Program-made: the position numbers and the translations under genes
Assembly (NCBI RefSeq): GCF_036741115.1
Contig: NZ_DAINST010000002.1
Location: 2,463 to 66,462 of the forward strand
Direction of reading: 5' to 3'
DNA from: Dietzia sp.
Lineage (GTDB): Bacteria > Actinomycetota > Actinomycetes > Mycobacteriales > Mycobacteriaceae
Length of the DNA stretch: 64,000 nt
In this document: piece by piece, positions 35,309 through 44,513 of the stretch
Layout of the letters: every line of letters begins with the position of its first letter
Numbering within the stretch: the first letter of the stretch is position 1
The notes under the pieces: generated by a model
What the model was told of the DNA's origin: nothing
Database searches by the model: none
The model's input: the letters and a program-made list of their open reading frames with translations, nothing else

Positions 35309-36477
35309 GATCACAGGACGCACAGCCCGCGACGGCCTCCGCAGACGCGGAGAGCCGGCCGATCCGCACCGCGCTCACCGAGCGCTTCGGAATCGACTAC
35401 CCAGTCTTCGCCTTTACCCCGTCGAAAGTCGTCGCCGCAGCGGTGAGCCGCGCCGGCGGCCTCGGCGTGCTCGGTGCAGTCCGCTACAACGATCCCGGCG
35501 AGCTAGACGCGGCGCTGACCTGGATGGACCAGAACACCGACGGCCGCCCCTACGGCGTCGACGTCGTGATGCCGAACAAGGTCCCCACCGAGGGAACGCC
35601 GCAGGATCTCGCCGCCCTCGTCCCCGCCGAACACCGTGCGTTCGTCGACCGCGTGCTCTCCGACCTCGGGGTGCCGCCACTCGATCCGGCGGACGCCGAT
35701 CGCAACGCGGGCGTCCTCGGCTGGCTGCACTCGGTGGCGCATTCGCACGTCGAGGTCGCGCTGCGGCACCGGCCAGTGCTCATCGCCAACGCGTTGGGAT
35801 CCCCGCCGCCCGACGTCATCGAGCAAGCGCACGCCGGCGGCGTGCAGGTGGCCGCTCTGGCGGGGGCGGTCGAGCACGCGCTCGCGCACGTCGATGCGGG
35901 GGTGGATGTCGTGATCGCGCAGGGCGGAGAGGCAGGCGGGCACACCGGCGAGGTCGCGACGCTCGTGCTCGTACCGGAGATCGTGCGGGCGCTCGGCGGG
36001 CGCGCGCCCGTGCTCGCGGCCGGCGGAATCGGAAGCGGCGCGCAGCTCGCCGCCGTGATCGGGATGGGGGCCGAAGGGGCGTGGATGGGCTCGCGATGGC
36101 TCACCGCTCGCGAATATTCTGACGACGGAGGGTCGAAAGCGATGCAGCGCGCCCTCGTCGCCGCCTCCTCGCGGGACACGGTGCGAACGCGGATCTACTC
36201 CGGCAAGCCGGCGCGGCTACTGCGCTCTGCGTGGACGGATGCCTGGCAGGCGGACGGAGCGCCCGAGCCTCTACAGATGCCTCTACAAAATCTGCTCGTC
36301 GCCGAGGCGCATCAGCGGATCGCCGCCGTGCAAGACCCTCAGGTGGTGGCGATGCCCGCAGGGCAGATCATCGGTTCGCTGGACGGCGTCGTGCCGGTGA
36401 CGGAGACGATGGACGAGATCGTCGACGAGTACCACGCTGCGGTGGCGCGGATGCGAGGGACGGTCGAACGGGGATAG
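35305..36477 (+). CDS. nitronate monooxygenase / 2-nitropropane dioxygenase-like FMN oxidoreductase
   Basis: ATGA start/stop overlap with the ligase gene. FGIDYPVFAFTPSKVVAAAVSRAGGLGVLG and AQGGEAGGHTGEV. Confidence 0.85.
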   Translation: MRSQDAQPATASADAESRPIRTALTERFGIDYPVFAFTPSKVVAAAVSRAGGLGVLGAVRYNDPGELDAALTWMDQNTDGRPYGVDVVMPNKVPTEGTPQDLAALVPAEHRAFVDRVLSDLGVPPLDPADADRNAGVLGWLHSVAHSHVEVALRHRPVLIANALGSPPPDVIEQAHAGGVQVAALAGAVEHALAHVDAGVDVVIAQGGEAGGHTGEVATLVLVPEIVRALGGRAPVLAAGGIGSGAQLAAVIGMGAEGAWMGSRWLTAREYSDDGGSKAMQRALVAASSRDTVRTRIYSGKPARLLRSAWTDAWQADGAPEPLQMPLQNLLVAEAHQRIAAVQDPQVVAMPAGQIIGSLDGVVPVTETMDEIVDEYHAAVARMRGTVERG

Positions 36478-36501
36478 CCCGGGCGCGGGGTGCCGCAGAG
36501 G

Positions 36502-37635
36502 TCACGCCCAGGGGTCGCCGCTGTCGACGAGGATCCCGCCCAGCTCCGCGAGCTGCGTCGTCGTCCCACCCAGGCGGAACTCCGCGGCCTTCGCTGCGAG
36601 GAAGTACCGGTGCAGACCCTCGGAACGGTCGAGCCCGGTGCCGCCGTGGACGTGGACCGCCGTGTGTGACACGCGGTGCGCGGCCTCGCACGCCCAATAA
36701 TGCGCCGCGCCGACCGCGGCCCGCGCGGCGTCGCCGGGCTCACCTCCACAATTGTCGAGCTCGCTCGCCGCGCGGAGAACCGAAAGCCGGACCGCATCGA
36801 CATCTATGAGCCCGTCCGCGAGCCGCGCCGACACGGCCTGGAAGGTCCCGATCGCCCGACCAAACTGCTCGCGCCCCGAGGCGTACTCGGCCGTCCTGCG
36901 CAGCGCGGCATCTAGCACACCCCATTGATACGCGGCGAGGTGCATCCGCCGGCGCAGCACGAGCAATTCGAGCGCCGCCTCCGCGATCGGCGCCTCGTCC
37001 CCCGCGCCCTGGGCGAGGGTCACCCGGCCCGCGCACGAGAAGTCCACGGGCACGAGCCGCTCGATCTCCACTCCGGTCTCGGCGGCGCCGTCTCCCGCAG
37101 CCTCTCCCCCGCCGCCGAGCGGCACGATCCGCAGCATCCCCGAACCCAGCACGAGCAGCATGTCGGCAATTGGCGCCCACGGCACGCGGTGGAGAACCGC
37201 CTCACCTGACGCCGGAGCTCCGAGCCCCGCCGGGAGATCCGGTATCGACGCGATGCTCCGTCCCTCGGCGACGTCCGTGGCCTCGGCGACGTGCCCCGCC
37301 GCCGTCAGCGCATGAGAGCCGGACACGGCCGATTCCAGCGGAACCGGCGCGAGCGCCCTGCCGAGCTCGCGGAACACCAGGGCTTCGGCGACCGCGCCGA
37401 GCGCCGCCCCGCCGCATGCCTCGGGCGCGAGCGCCTGGGGAACGCCTGCCTCGAGCAGCGCCGACCACAGCGCCTCATTGATCCGGGCGGTCCCGCGCTC
37501 GGTGCCCGCCGCCTCGGAGCCCGGACCGAAACGGGCGTCGAGCTCGGCAAGCGAGTCCTCCCCCGCGAGCGCCGCGCACAGCTCTCGGACGAGGGCGACG
37601 AGCTCGGCCGCCTCGGGTGTGGGTTCGAAGTCCAT
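36502..37635 (-). CDS. acyl-CoA dehydrogenase-fold protein, non-catalytic beta-subunit type (FadE27/ChsE5-like)
   Basis: 377 aa with an ACAD fold. The C-terminal catalytic-base position reads LGGTTTQLAEL, where the partner gene has GGGTNEVQRD. The N-terminal and middle domains are degenerate. Confidence 0.75.
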   Translation of the reverse strand: MDFEPTPEAAELVALVRELCAALAGEDSLAELDARFGPGSEAAGTERGTARINEALWSALLEAGVPQALAPEACGGAALGAVAEALVFRELGRALAPVPLESAVSGSHALTAAGHVAEATDVAEGRSIASIPDLPAGLGAPASGEAVLHRVPWAPIADMLLVLGSGMLRIVPLGGGGEAAGDGAAETGVEIERLVPVDFSCAGRVTLAQGAGDEAPIAEAALELLVLRRRMHLAAYQWGVLDAALRRTAEYASGREQFGRAIGTFQAVSARLADGLIDVDAVRLSVLRAASELDNCGGEPGDAARAAVGAAHYWACEAAHRVSHTAVHVHGGTGLDRSEGLHRYFLAAKAAEFRLGGTTTQLAELGGILVDSGDPWA

Positions 37636-37647
37636 GAGTAGGCTCCT

Positions 37648-38883
37648 CTACTTCTGTCGACCGGCGGGCGCCACCCGCGGTGCCGCCGGTAGGCCGAGCC
37701 CGGCCATGGCCATGATGTCCCGCTGCACTTCGTTGGTCCCGCCGCCGAAGGTAAGGATCAGTGCGGAACGGTGCAGGCGTTCGATCCTGCCGCGCAGCAC
37801 GGCGGCCGGCGAGCCCGCGCGCTCGATGCCCGCGGGCCCGAGAACCTCCATGAGCAGCCGATACACCTCGCATGCCGCCTCGGTGCCGAACACCTTCGTC
37901 CCCGACGCCGAGACCTTCGCCGGCGCGTCGTCCCCGGCGGACACCACCTCGAGATTCCGCAGAGCGAGATACTCGGCCATCGCGTGGACGCGCGCGAAGT
38001 GGACGCGCACCCACTCGAGGTCGGCGACCCGCCCCACCCCGGGGATCCCCGCATCGGCGCACGTCGTCGCCCGCGCCCAGTCGAGGACCTGCCGCAGCGA
38101 GGCCTGCAGCGCCCCGGCTGTCGTCAGCGAGACCCGCTCGTGGTTGAGCTGGTTGGTGATCATCGCCCAGCCGCCATTCTCGGCGCCGATGAGGTTCTCC
38201 GCAGGCACCTCGACGGCGTCGTAGAACGTTGCCGACGTGTCCGGCCCGGCCATCGTGCGCACCGGCGTCCACGAGAATCCGGGCGCGTCCGTGGGCACCG
38301 CGAGGAGCGAGATCCCCTTGTGCCGAGGCGCCTCGGGATCCGTGCGCACGGCCAGCCACACCCAGTCCGCGTATGCGATCAACGAGGTCCACATCTTCTG
38401 CCCGTCCACCTTGTAGACGGGACGTCCGGCGTCATCCGTGGTGCGCACCGCACGCGTGCGCAGACCGGCGAGGTCCGTGCCCGCGCCGGGTTCGGAGTAG
38501 CCGATGGCGAAATGGAGCTCGCCTCGCGCGATCCGAGGCAGGAAGTACTCCTTCTGCTCGGCGGTGCCGAACGCCATGATCGTCGGCGCCACCGAGTTGA
38601 CCGTGAGAAACGGCACGGGCACCCCAGCAATCGCGGCCTCGTCGGCGAAGATCAGCTGCTCGATCGCGGGCCTCCCGCCGCCGCCGAATTCCTCCGGCCA
38701 GCCGAGTGCGAGCCACCCGTCGCGGCCGAGTTCGGCGACGACGTCGCGGTACGCGCTGCCGTGCCCGTACTCGCCGGTCGTCGCGGCGAACGCCTCGCGC
38801 CGCTCGGGGGTCATGAGCCGCTCGAAATACGCGCGCAGCTCGCGCCGCAGCTCGGCGTGTTCTGGCGAATAACGCAGGTCCAT
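37648..38883 (-). CDS. acyl-CoA dehydrogenase, catalytic alpha-subunit type (FadE26/ChsE4-like)
   Basis: 411 aa. YSEPGAGTDLAGLRT, WTSLIAYADWVWL, and C-terminal FGGGTNEVQRDIMA containing the catalytic Glu. Confidence 0.85.
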   Translation of the reverse strand: MDLRYSPEHAELRRELRAYFERLMTPERREAFAATTGEYGHGSAYRDVVAELGRDGWLALGWPEEFGGGGRPAIEQLIFADEAAIAGVPVPFLTVNSVAPTIMAFGTAEQKEYFLPRIARGELHFAIGYSEPGAGTDLAGLRTRAVRTTDDAGRPVYKVDGQKMWTSLIAYADWVWLAVRTDPEAPRHKGISLLAVPTDAPGFSWTPVRTMAGPDTSATFYDAVEVPAENLIGAENGGWAMITNQLNHERVSLTTAGALQASLRQVLDWARATTCADAGIPGVGRVADLEWVRVHFARVHAMAEYLALRNLEVVSAGDDAPAKVSASGTKVFGTEAACEVYRLLMEVLGPAGIERAGSPAAVLRGRIERLHRSALILTFGGGTNEVQRDIMAMAGLGLPAAPRVAPAGRQK

Positions 38884-38907
38884 CGCGTGCCTCCGGTCGT
38901 TCGTCCG

Positions 38908-40113
38908 CTAAGCGCGTGGCCCGGTGGGGTCTGTGGGTGCGGCCGCCCTCTCGGGCTCGTCGGCGCCGACCACCCACATCGAGAAGTACTGGCTCGCCCC
39001 GCCGTAGGCGTGCCCGAAGGCGAGGCGCGCGCCGGGGACCTGGTGCTCGTCTGCCCGTCCCATTACCTGCCGCGCCGCCTCGAGGAAGCGGATCAGGCCC
39101 GAGGCGCCGATGGGGTTCGAGGAGAGGACGCCGCCCGAGGGGTTGACGGGGAGGTCCCCGTCCGGCGCCGTCGCGCCCTCAGCGACGAGCTTCCAGCCGT
39201 CGCCGGCCGGGCAGAAGCCGAGGTTCTCGAGCCACATCGGTTCGAACCAAGAGAACGGTACGTAGATCTCGGCGACGTCGATCTCCGCGCGCGGATCGGC
39301 GATCCCGGCCTCCGCCCACAACGCTGCCGCGGCGTCACGCCCGGCGAGAGGGCTGCGGTGGTTTCGGCCCGAATACGTCCCCGCCTCGGTGCGCATGGAG
39401 GTCGCGTGGATCCATGCGACTCCGCGCCCTTCGGCCTCAACCGAGTGCGCGGCGTCGGCGTCGCCGATCACGATCGCGGCGGCGCCGTCGGAGGAGGGGC
39501 ACGTCTCGTCGTAGCGGATGGGGTCCCAGAGCATTTGGCCCGCCATGACCTTCTCGACCGTGAGGTCCGGCTGGTGGAGGTGCGCCTTGGGGTTCCGGGC
39601 ACCCGCCTGCCGGTCCTTGACCACGACCTTCGCGCCGGTATCGACGGGGGCCCCCGAGGTCTCGATGTACGAGCGGACGTGCGGCGCGAAGTGTCCGCCG
39701 GCGCCCGCGCCGACCGGCGCCGCGAACGGCACGGGCAGGCTGAGCCCCCACATCGCATTGGACTCGGACTGCTTTTCCCAGGCCAGCGCGAGCACGCGAC
39801 GGAAGCGCCCGGACTGGACGTGCGAGGCTGCCGCAATCGCGGTGGAGCCGCCCACCGAGCCGGCCGTGTGCACGCGGAGTAGCGGCTTCCCCACTGCTCC
39901 GAGCGCATCGGCGAGCATGAACTCGGGGATCATCACGCCCTCGAAGAGGTCGGGCGCCTTGCCGACGATGATGGCGTCGATATCGTCCCAGCCCACTCCG
40001 GCGTCCGCCATCGCCTCGTCGATCGCCTCGCGGCACAGGCCGGCCATCGAGACGTCGAGGCGTCTCGAGGTGTGCCTCGTCTGTCCGGTGCCGAGGACCG
40101 CTGCGGTGCTCAT
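38908..40113 (-). CDS. thiolase-fold lipid-transfer protein (SCP-x type, Ltp3-like)
   Basis: 401 aa. VHTAGSVGGSTAI, CPSSDGAAAIVIG, NPSGGVLSSNPIGASG. Confidence 0.85.
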   Translation of the reverse strand: MSTAAVLGTGQTRHTSRRLDVSMAGLCREAIDEAMADAGVGWDDIDAIIVGKAPDLFEGVMIPEFMLADALGAVGKPLLRVHTAGSVGGSTAIAAASHVQSGRFRRVLALAWEKQSESNAMWGLSLPVPFAAPVGAGAGGHFAPHVRSYIETSGAPVDTGAKVVVKDRQAGARNPKAHLHQPDLTVEKVMAGQMLWDPIRYDETCPSSDGAAAIVIGDADAAHSVEAEGRGVAWIHATSMRTEAGTYSGRNHRSPLAGRDAAAALWAEAGIADPRAEIDVAEIYVPFSWFEPMWLENLGFCPAGDGWKLVAEGATAPDGDLPVNPSGGVLSSNPIGASGLIRFLEAARQVMGRADEHQVPGARLAFGHAYGGASQYFSMWVVGADEPERAAAPTDPTGPRA

Positions 40114-41225
40114 CGCTCGTCCCTTCCCTCGAGGACTGCCACGAGGTTCTGCTGCAGGAGGTGCCCGCCCGTGGCGTGCCCGAGCGCCCTGTCCGCACGG
40201 CCCTCGTGGATCGCGCGGGCCGCGTACCCGATCCGCTCGAGGCCTGCGGAAAACAGCGGGTCCCCGAACATCGCGCCGCCGGACGGCGTGATCTCCACGC
40301 CGTCGCCGAGGCCGAGCTCGGAGCGCACGATGAGCTCCTGGTGGCTGTAAGGAGTGTGGAGCTCGGCGACGTCGACCGCGGCGGTGTCACCTGCCCCGGC
40401 AGCCGCCGCGAGCTCCGCCGCACGCCGCACGGAGAGGCTCGTGGCGAGGTCCCGGCCGCCGATCTCGGCGGAGTCGATGGCCTGCCCCATTCCCGCGATC
40501 CACGCGGGCCGCGCGCAGAGCTCTCGTGCTCTGTCGCCCGCGGCGAGGATCACGGCGCACGCCCCGTCGGTGACCGGCGGCACGTCCCATTGGCCGAGGG
40601 GCGGGGCGACGTCTTCGTCGCTTCCATACCCCTGGCCGGCGCCAGCGCCTTCCCCGGCGTCGGCCGCCCCGCGCCCGTGTACCCGTTCCACCACCGCGTC
40701 CATATCTTCCCGAGAGAATCGGCCCGAGTCGATGCCCGCCCGCGCCTGGAGCGCGGCGAGATGGTGGCGTCCCGGCCACAGCGGGGACTGTGTGTACGGG
40801 TCGAGGGACATCGCCATGGAGGCATCGAGGTCTCCGGAGGCGGAGGCCTTGCCGAATCCGTAGACGAGTGCCGTGTCCGCGTGGCCCGCGCCGATGGTGA
40901 GCCACGCCTCGAACAGCGCCCACGCGGCATCCCCCTCGACGTGCGATTCCTGCACCGGCGGGTGGGCACCGATGGAGTCGAGCGCGGAGATAAACGAGAA
41001 CGCGCGCCCGGCGAGGTAGTCCGACGAGCCGGAGCACCAGAAATCGATGCCCGTCCTGTCGAGCCCGGTCTGCTCGAAGCACCGCGCGAACACCGGGGCC
41101 AGCATCTCGACGCCGTTCGTGGTTCCCGGGGTCTCCGGAACGTACGCGGCGTGCGCGAAACCGACCACCGCCACCTCGCGCGGCCCGGCTCCGTTCGATC
41201 CGCCCATGTCGTTATCTCCCGCCAT
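40110..41225 (-). CDS. thiolase-fold protein (Ltp4-like partner)
   Basis: 371 aa. 4-nt overlap with the downstream ltp3-like gene. VVGFAHAAY..., PVTDGACAVILA, TPSGGAMFGDPLFSAGL. Confidence 0.8.
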   Translation of the reverse strand: MAGDNDMGGSNGAGPREVAVVGFAHAAYVPETPGTTNGVEMLAPVFARCFEQTGLDRTGIDFWCSGSSDYLAGRAFSFISALDSIGAHPPVQESHVEGDAAWALFEAWLTIGAGHADTALVYGFGKASASGDLDASMAMSLDPYTQSPLWPGRHHLAALQARAGIDSGRFSREDMDAVVERVHGRGAADAGEGAGAGQGYGSDEDVAPPLGQWDVPPVTDGACAVILAAGDRARELCARPAWIAGMGQAIDSAEIGGRDLATSLSVRRAAELAAAAGAGDTAAVDVAELHTPYSHQELIVRSELGLGDGVEITPSGGAMFGDPLFSAGLERIGYAARAIHEGRADRALGHATGGHLLQQNLVAVLEGRDER

Positions 41226-41240
41226 GTCTGTCGCGGCCCT

Positions 41241-42272
41241 CTACAGGTGTCGCTCGTAGCTCGAGGGATCGGCATCCGATTCCCCCGAGGGTTCGAAATA
41301 CTCGATGGACGCCATCGAATGCGTCCGCTCCGCCTCGGGCCGCCAGTGTGCGCGGACTCGCATCCCCATGCGCACCTCGGACGCCTCGCAGCCGAGCACG
41401 AGGTGTTGGATCGGCAGGTCGGCCCCGTCGAGGAGGATGTACGCCGTCACATAGGGCGGCGTGACCTTCTGCCCCGCGAACGGCACGTTGACGATCCCGA
41501 ACGTGGTCACGGTGCCGTGGTCGGCGACCTCGACATACTCGCCCATCGGCACGCCGTCCGAGGGGCAGTAATCGCGCGGTGGCACGTAGACCTCGGGCCC
41601 GTTCGACCGGCGCCGCCCCACGATCCGCCCCTCGACGAGCCCGCGGAGGAAGCGCCGCTCGGAGAAGCCGGCCGTGTGCGTGTAGTCGAGCTCTACGGGG
41701 GTCACGAGCCGTCCCGATTCGTCGAGCCCGGCACGGCTGGGAATGACGGCGGACGCCGCTTCTTCCTCGGGCCCGCCCGCGCTGCCCGCCGGGACGAAGT
41801 ACAGATCGCGGACCGTCCCCCGCGGCTCGGGGACCCAGCGCGCCTCGACGCGCATCCCGGTGGCCATGTCTGCGGCAGAGCCTGCGGCCACGACGTGGAG
41901 AAGCGAGGTATCCGCCCCGTCGAGGCGGATCAGTGCCAGCGCGTGCGGGGCGGACAGCTGCATCCGCGGGATCGGCGCCGACACCCAGGTCCAGGACTCG
42001 ACAGTGCCGCCCGAGCCCAGCTCGACGAGAGCATCCACCTGCAGACCCTCGTGCGTGGAGGGGTCGAACTCGACGGGCGGGGCGTGGACGCGGCCGGAGC
42101 GGTCGCGCACGCCCACGAGGCGTCGCTCGCGGAGCCCCGTGAAGAAGGCGCCGAGGATGGGGCCCGTCGATCGCGTGTAGTCGAAGGACGGCGCGAGAGG
42201 GGCTGCGAGTGGCTCACCCTCCGGGGGGACGATGTCGACTGCGGCGGGGGCGAGCGCGGAGCTGGGTGCCAT
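41241..42272 (-). CDS. tandem DUF35 OB-fold protein (Rv3521-like)
   Basis: ATG at 42272. Two repeats of the DUF35 pattern (FFTGLRERRLVGVRDRSGRVHAPP... and FLRGLVEGRIVGRRRSNGPEVYVPPRDYCP...). It sits upstream of the ltp pair, as in Rv3521-ltp4-ltp3. Confidence 0.75.
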   Translation of the reverse strand: MAPSSALAPAAVDIVPPEGEPLAAPLAPSFDYTRSTGPILGAFFTGLRERRLVGVRDRSGRVHAPPVEFDPSTHEGLQVDALVELGSGGTVESWTWVSAPIPRMQLSAPHALALIRLDGADTSLLHVVAAGSAADMATGMRVEARWVPEPRGTVRDLYFVPAGSAGGPEEEAASAVIPSRAGLDESGRLVTPVELDYTHTAGFSERRFLRGLVEGRIVGRRRSNGPEVYVPPRDYCPSDGVPMGEYVEVADHGTVTTFGIVNVPFAGQKVTPPYVTAYILLDGADLPIQHLVLGCEASEVRMGMRVRAHWRPEAERTHSMASIEYFEPSGESDADPSSYERHL

Positions 42273-42430
42273 ATTTCGCAGTGAACCACAGCCCGCGGCC
42301 GCCCGGACACGATTTCCGAACACCCGTACAGACAGGTGTCCATCGGTGTAGGAACGAGGAGAGGAACGAATCGAGGGCGGCGCGCTTCCGGCGTTCACGC
42401 CGCCACCGCAGCGCGCACCGGGAGAACACG

Positions 42431-44080
42431 ATGACCGCCGAGCAGGACGAACAGGCCACAGCGAACGATCGGCCAGAACAGACTCCGACCCCGCGCGTGC
42501 CGCCGGCCGCCGGCGTCCCCAACCCGGCGACGGGCACGAACGTGACCAGTGCTTTCGAGATCGCACGCGTCTCCCCCGAGCGCCCCGCTCTCATCGCCCC
42601 GGACGGAACCGAGGTCTCCTACGGCGAGTTCGCCTCCCGCACCCACCGCCTCGCCCACGGGCTCCGCGCGCTCGGCCTCGGCGCCGGGGACTCGATCGTC
42701 CTCCTCGCCCCGAACGGCCGCGAGTTCCTCGAGGTCTATTTCGCCGCGCTCGAGATCGGCCTCTACATCGCTCCGGCGAACTGGCACCTCGCGGGCCCCG
42801 AGGTCGCCTACATCCTCGACAACTCCGAGGCCGGCGCCTTCGTCGCGGCCGAGCGATTCGCGGAGGTCGCCGTCACCGCGCGCGAATCGGCCGCTCTCGA
42901 TCCCGCCCGCTGCTTCGCCATCGGCGAGGTCCCCGGCTTCCGCCCGATCGACGAGCTCGCCGCGGGCCACCCGGACACCCCGCCGGACGGGCGGACGCTC
43001 GGCGGGCCGATGCTCTACACGTCGGGCACGACCGGGCGCCCCAAGGGCGTGCGCCGCCCGCTCACCGGGGCGAGCCCGGACGAGATCACGGTCCCCAACT
43101 ACTTCTTCTTCGCCGGCTTCGGAATCGAGGCCCCGGACAACGTCCACATCTGTGGCTCGCCGCTGTACCACACGGCGGTGCTCAATTTCGTGGTCATCTC
43201 GCTGCAGCTCGGGCAGCTCGTCGTGCTCATGGACCGCTGGTCGCCGGAGGCCATGCTGCGACTCATCGAGCGCCACGGCGTGACCCATTCACACATGGTC
43301 CCCACGCAGTTCTCGCGCCTCCTCGAACTCCCCGAGGACGTCCGCGAACGGTACGATGTGTCGAGCCTGCGCACCGTGATCCACGGTGCTGCCCCGTGCC
43401 CTCTACATGTGAAGAGGGCGATGCTGGAGTGGTGGGGCCCGAAGCTCACGGAGTACTACGCGGGCACCGAGGGCGGCGGTTGCACGATCACCGGAGAGGA
43501 GTGGCTGCACAAGCCCGGCAGCGTGGGACGGCCGTGGGCCACCTCCGAGATCCGCATCCTCGATGACGACGGAGGTCCGCTCCCCACCGGCGAGATCGGC
43601 AACGTCTACGTGGAGATGCGCGGCTCGTCCTTCAGCTACTACAAGGACCCCGACAAGACCGAAGGTGCTCGGGTCGGGAAGATGTTCACCATGGGCGACC
43701 TCGGCTACCTCGACGCCGACGGCTATCTCTTCCTCTGCGATCGCAAGAACGACATGATCATCTCCGGCGGGGTCAACATTTATCCGGCCGAGGTCGAGTC
43801 CGAGCTCCTCGCGCTCCCCGAGGTCCGCGACGCCGCGGTGTTCGGCATTCCGCACCCGGATTGGGGCGAGGAGGTCAAGGCGGTCGTCGAGCCGTCTGCG
43901 GGCTCGGTGCCCCCCAACGAAGCCGCCGCGGCCGCTCTCGCCGAGTCGATTCTCTCCGGGCTCTCCGGCCGGCTCGCGCGGTTCAAGATGCCGCGCTCGG
44001 TCGATTTCGTCGAGGCTCTGCCACGGCAGGAGAACGGCAAGCTCGTCAAGCGCGTGCTCAAGGATCCGTACTGGACCTAA
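42431..44080 (+). CDS. acyl-CoA synthetase (FadD19-like size, 549 aa)
   Basis: ATG at 42431 after GGGAGAA. LYTSGTTGRPKGV, YYAGTEGGG, GDLGYLDADGYLFLCDRKNDMIISGGVNIYP, and C-terminal NGKLVKR. Confidence 0.85.
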   Translation: MTAEQDEQATANDRPEQTPTPRVPPAAGVPNPATGTNVTSAFEIARVSPERPALIAPDGTEVSYGEFASRTHRLAHGLRALGLGAGDSIVLLAPNGREFLEVYFAALEIGLYIAPANWHLAGPEVAYILDNSEAGAFVAAERFAEVAVTARESAALDPARCFAIGEVPGFRPIDELAAGHPDTPPDGRTLGGPMLYTSGTTGRPKGVRRPLTGASPDEITVPNYFFFAGFGIEAPDNVHICGSPLYHTAVLNFVVISLQLGQLVVLMDRWSPEAMLRLIERHGVTHSHMVPTQFSRLLELPEDVRERYDVSSLRTVIHGAAPCPLHVKRAMLEWWGPKLTEYYAGTEGGGCTITGEEWLHKPGSVGRPWATSEIRILDDDGGPLPTGEIGNVYVEMRGSSFSYYKDPDKTEGARVGKMFTMGDLGYLDADGYLFLCDRKNDMIISGGVNIYPAEVESELLALPEVRDAAVFGIPHPDWGEEVKAVVEPSAGSVPPNEAAAAALAESILSGLSGRLARFKMPRSVDFVEALPRQENGKLVKRVLKDPYWT

Positions 44081-44513
44081 TGCCCAAGTGTGTGAGCCGG
44101 AGTAAATGCGGCGAAAGGGCCTTTGATTTCAGGTGCCGCTGTCCTCGGGCGACTTCACGCTCGACGCCGCGGGCCCGCTGACTCGCTCGTCTCTTCCGGC
44201 GCGCACGTCTTCCTATGCTGCCGATCGCAGCTTAGTCCGGTGCATCGAGTGGCGCTCCTTGAGGCGTGTGTGCCGCCCGAGCGGCACCACGCCGAGCTGC
44301 CCTCCCCGCACGATGGGCTCGTCTGACGGCTGACGCCGCGGTCGACTCTTGCTCGGCGCCTAGTCGACCACAACGGCCACGCCGCCTACATGACCGTGTG
44401 GCCGAAAGAGTTTGATGTGCCAGAGCTACTCTTTGGCGACGCGTTGATCCTCACCGAAGGGAATGCCCGGCGAGCTAACTGGTTGATTCTCCGGACAGAT
44501 GCTGTCTGAGATC

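Noticed and set aside
37771-42284. 703-aa and 707-aa plus-strand ORFs across the fadE/ltp/DUF35 operon
   Set aside because: These are antisense shadows. The minus-strand genes have ACAD and thiolase motifs, tight spacing, and 4-nt overlaps typical of an operon.
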